DNA of 63,036 nucleotides, counting the filler, from Phoronis australis (Eukaryota; Animalia; Phoronida): NCBI GenBank assembly GCA_002633005.1. It is 6 parts of 6 records of this genome, joined end to end, with 100 filler letters (N's around TTAATTAATTAA, not from the genome) between each part and the next. Parts side by side here need not be neighbours in the genome. Positions count along the whole stretch, not along the records: positions 59,329 to 63,036 come from NMRA01002879.1; 5 more parts are not named here. The stretch is one strand, 5' to 3'. How positions within the stretch are numbered: the first letter of the stretch is position 1; each line of letters opens with the position of its first letter. The notes under the pieces are model-generated. The model was not told the origin of the DNA and did no database searches. It was given only the letters and a program-made list of their open reading frames with translations. The translations under genes and the position numbers were made by a program. Positions 61,700 to 63,036 of this stretch are shown one piece after another.

Positions 61700-61860
61700 T
61701 GTGAGCCCATCCCCTCTTTGGCTTATTCTTGTGTGTAAGTTCACCTAATTGGGTGCAAGCCAACCCCCGATTTCTATGTTGTACTAGCCCACCTACTTGG
61801 GTACAAGCCCACTCCCAATTTCTCTCTTGTATTTGCCCACTTGCCTGGGTATAAGCCCTT
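61700..61860. repeat. Degenerate ~46-bp minisatellite x3
   Basis: Recurrent ttgt...gcccac....tgggt.caagcc. Confidence 0.55.
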
Positions 61861-62275
61861 TTTCTCTTACCTTGTAGTCATTAAATCATCACCTTTTCTT
61901 GCTCGCACCATGTCACTAAGCGGGCTAGTGCAAAGCTGCCTAGAGAAACTGTTCTCGAAAAAGCACATTCGTCAAACGTGATATATAAGCCGTTGGTCTT
62001 ATGCAGAGAGGAGACTATATTAACAGCGAAGGATCTCACACTGATGAATACGAGTGAAGTTTGAATAGAGACAACTTTTCTAAAATGTGGCGACATGTTT
62101 TTGCAGTAAAACATCTACCTTTTTCAAGATTTATTCAGAGAATGGATGCAAGAATACCTACAGGTACAATACACATGTCGCTACAATTTAGAAAAGTCGT
62201 CTTTATTCAAACTTTACATAATAAATAGCTATGCCAGGCCGTTGTCACTTTTTAACCTACCTGTATTCGCCACAG

Positions 62276-62403
62276 GCATAATCTGTGTTGAGAACATGTG
62301 CGGTGGAGCCGGTCACTTGGACTACAACTGCGTCCCGTCTGTGATCTACACGCACCCCGAGGTCGCCTGGGTCGGCAAGAGCGAGGAAGACTTAAAGAAC
62401 GAG
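62276..62403 (+). CDS. DLD: Dihydrolipoamide dehydrogenase, internal exon
   Basis: cacag|(G)[42 protein letters not shown]|gtaaag, phase 1-0. Confidence 0.96.
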
Positions 62404-62895
62404 GTAAAGCATGGCAATGCAGTAAATCGCAGGGTGGGTGATCACGGAAGTGTTCTTAGAGACATGATTGGTACCCACTTATGGAAAATGAAACAATACT
62501 GTCCAAACGGCATGGAATATTCATGGAAAATGAGAAAATACCATCTGAAGCTCATGTAGTAATTGTGAAAAATGTAAAACACAACATTGATTTTCTCAAT
62601 TTGACATCATTCTGGGAAACTAATAATCACGCTTTATAAGTCTCTGGCTAATTAGCATTTTGAAAGCTGGTTTGGGTCAGAGTTATCAAGTAGGGCAGAT
62701 TTGTTATTTTCAATTACGGCAAATCAACGGTATTTTATTTGGTCTTCAAAGCTTCGTAGGACTAGATTAACAACAGTTACTGTTTTATTTTGGCTATATG
62801 AGCAGAAAGAAGTTGAAGTCACACTGACAGATCTAGGGTGTTGTAAAGTGGAGTGGGCAACCACATCACAGAAGCCCTGCAAACTGGTAGCGGCA

Positions 62896-63036
62896 TTTTT
62901 ATGCGCCCACATATTTATATGTGGACGCATTATGCCGTCATCTCTGTCCGTCTGTCCGTCCGGGCGGCGTCCGGCGTCTGGCGTCCGCTGCTCTATCTCC
63001 AAAACCCTTTGACATACGTTCATGAAATTTGGCACA
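62896..63036 (+). mobile_element. HINE-like family 1, 5' end (runs off the window), in a DLD intron
   Basis: tttttatgcgcccacatatttatatgtggacgcat hairpin followed by (gtcc/gtct)n. Confidence 0.85.

Noticed and set aside
62146-62559. 137-aa ORF as a whole DLD-like protein
   Set aside because: Only 62276-62403 is exon; the flanks are intron read-through.
2690-63036. All five HINE family 1 copies lie on the + strand
   Set aside because: Small sample spread over arbitrarily oriented contigs; compatible with chance.

Overview
AT-rich animal genomic DNA, most likely from a marine invertebrate. It is not one contiguous locus: five 100-nt N/TTAATTAATTAA/N spacers join separate contigs. Recognisable host genes are a head-to-head ARMH1/TMEM53 pair (first coding exons), three DLD exons, small exons of a coiled-coil gene, and an exon resembling an NRPS condensation domain. 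Most of the rest is transposon-derived: a Gypsy gag-pol relic, a Kolobok-type element (TTAA TSD, ~155-bp TIRs, decayed THAP/transposase), three families of Helentron-type non-autonomous elements (HINEs), Sola2-like, IS3EU-like, Harbinger-MITE and LINE RT remnants, a complete TRIM with tRNA-like Pol III boxes in its LTRs, and a minimal hammerhead ribozyme. The most unusual feature is an uninterrupted 407-codon frame (8640-9863) inside the Kolobok element. It fuses the C-terminal part of a HERO-type restriction-like endonuclease to a ubiquitin-specific protease (peptidase C19) with all catalytic residues present. About 300 bp outside that element lies a stand-alone L1-type APE endonuclease that looks like a spliced terminal exon. 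All family assignments come from motif recognition by eye; no searches were run.
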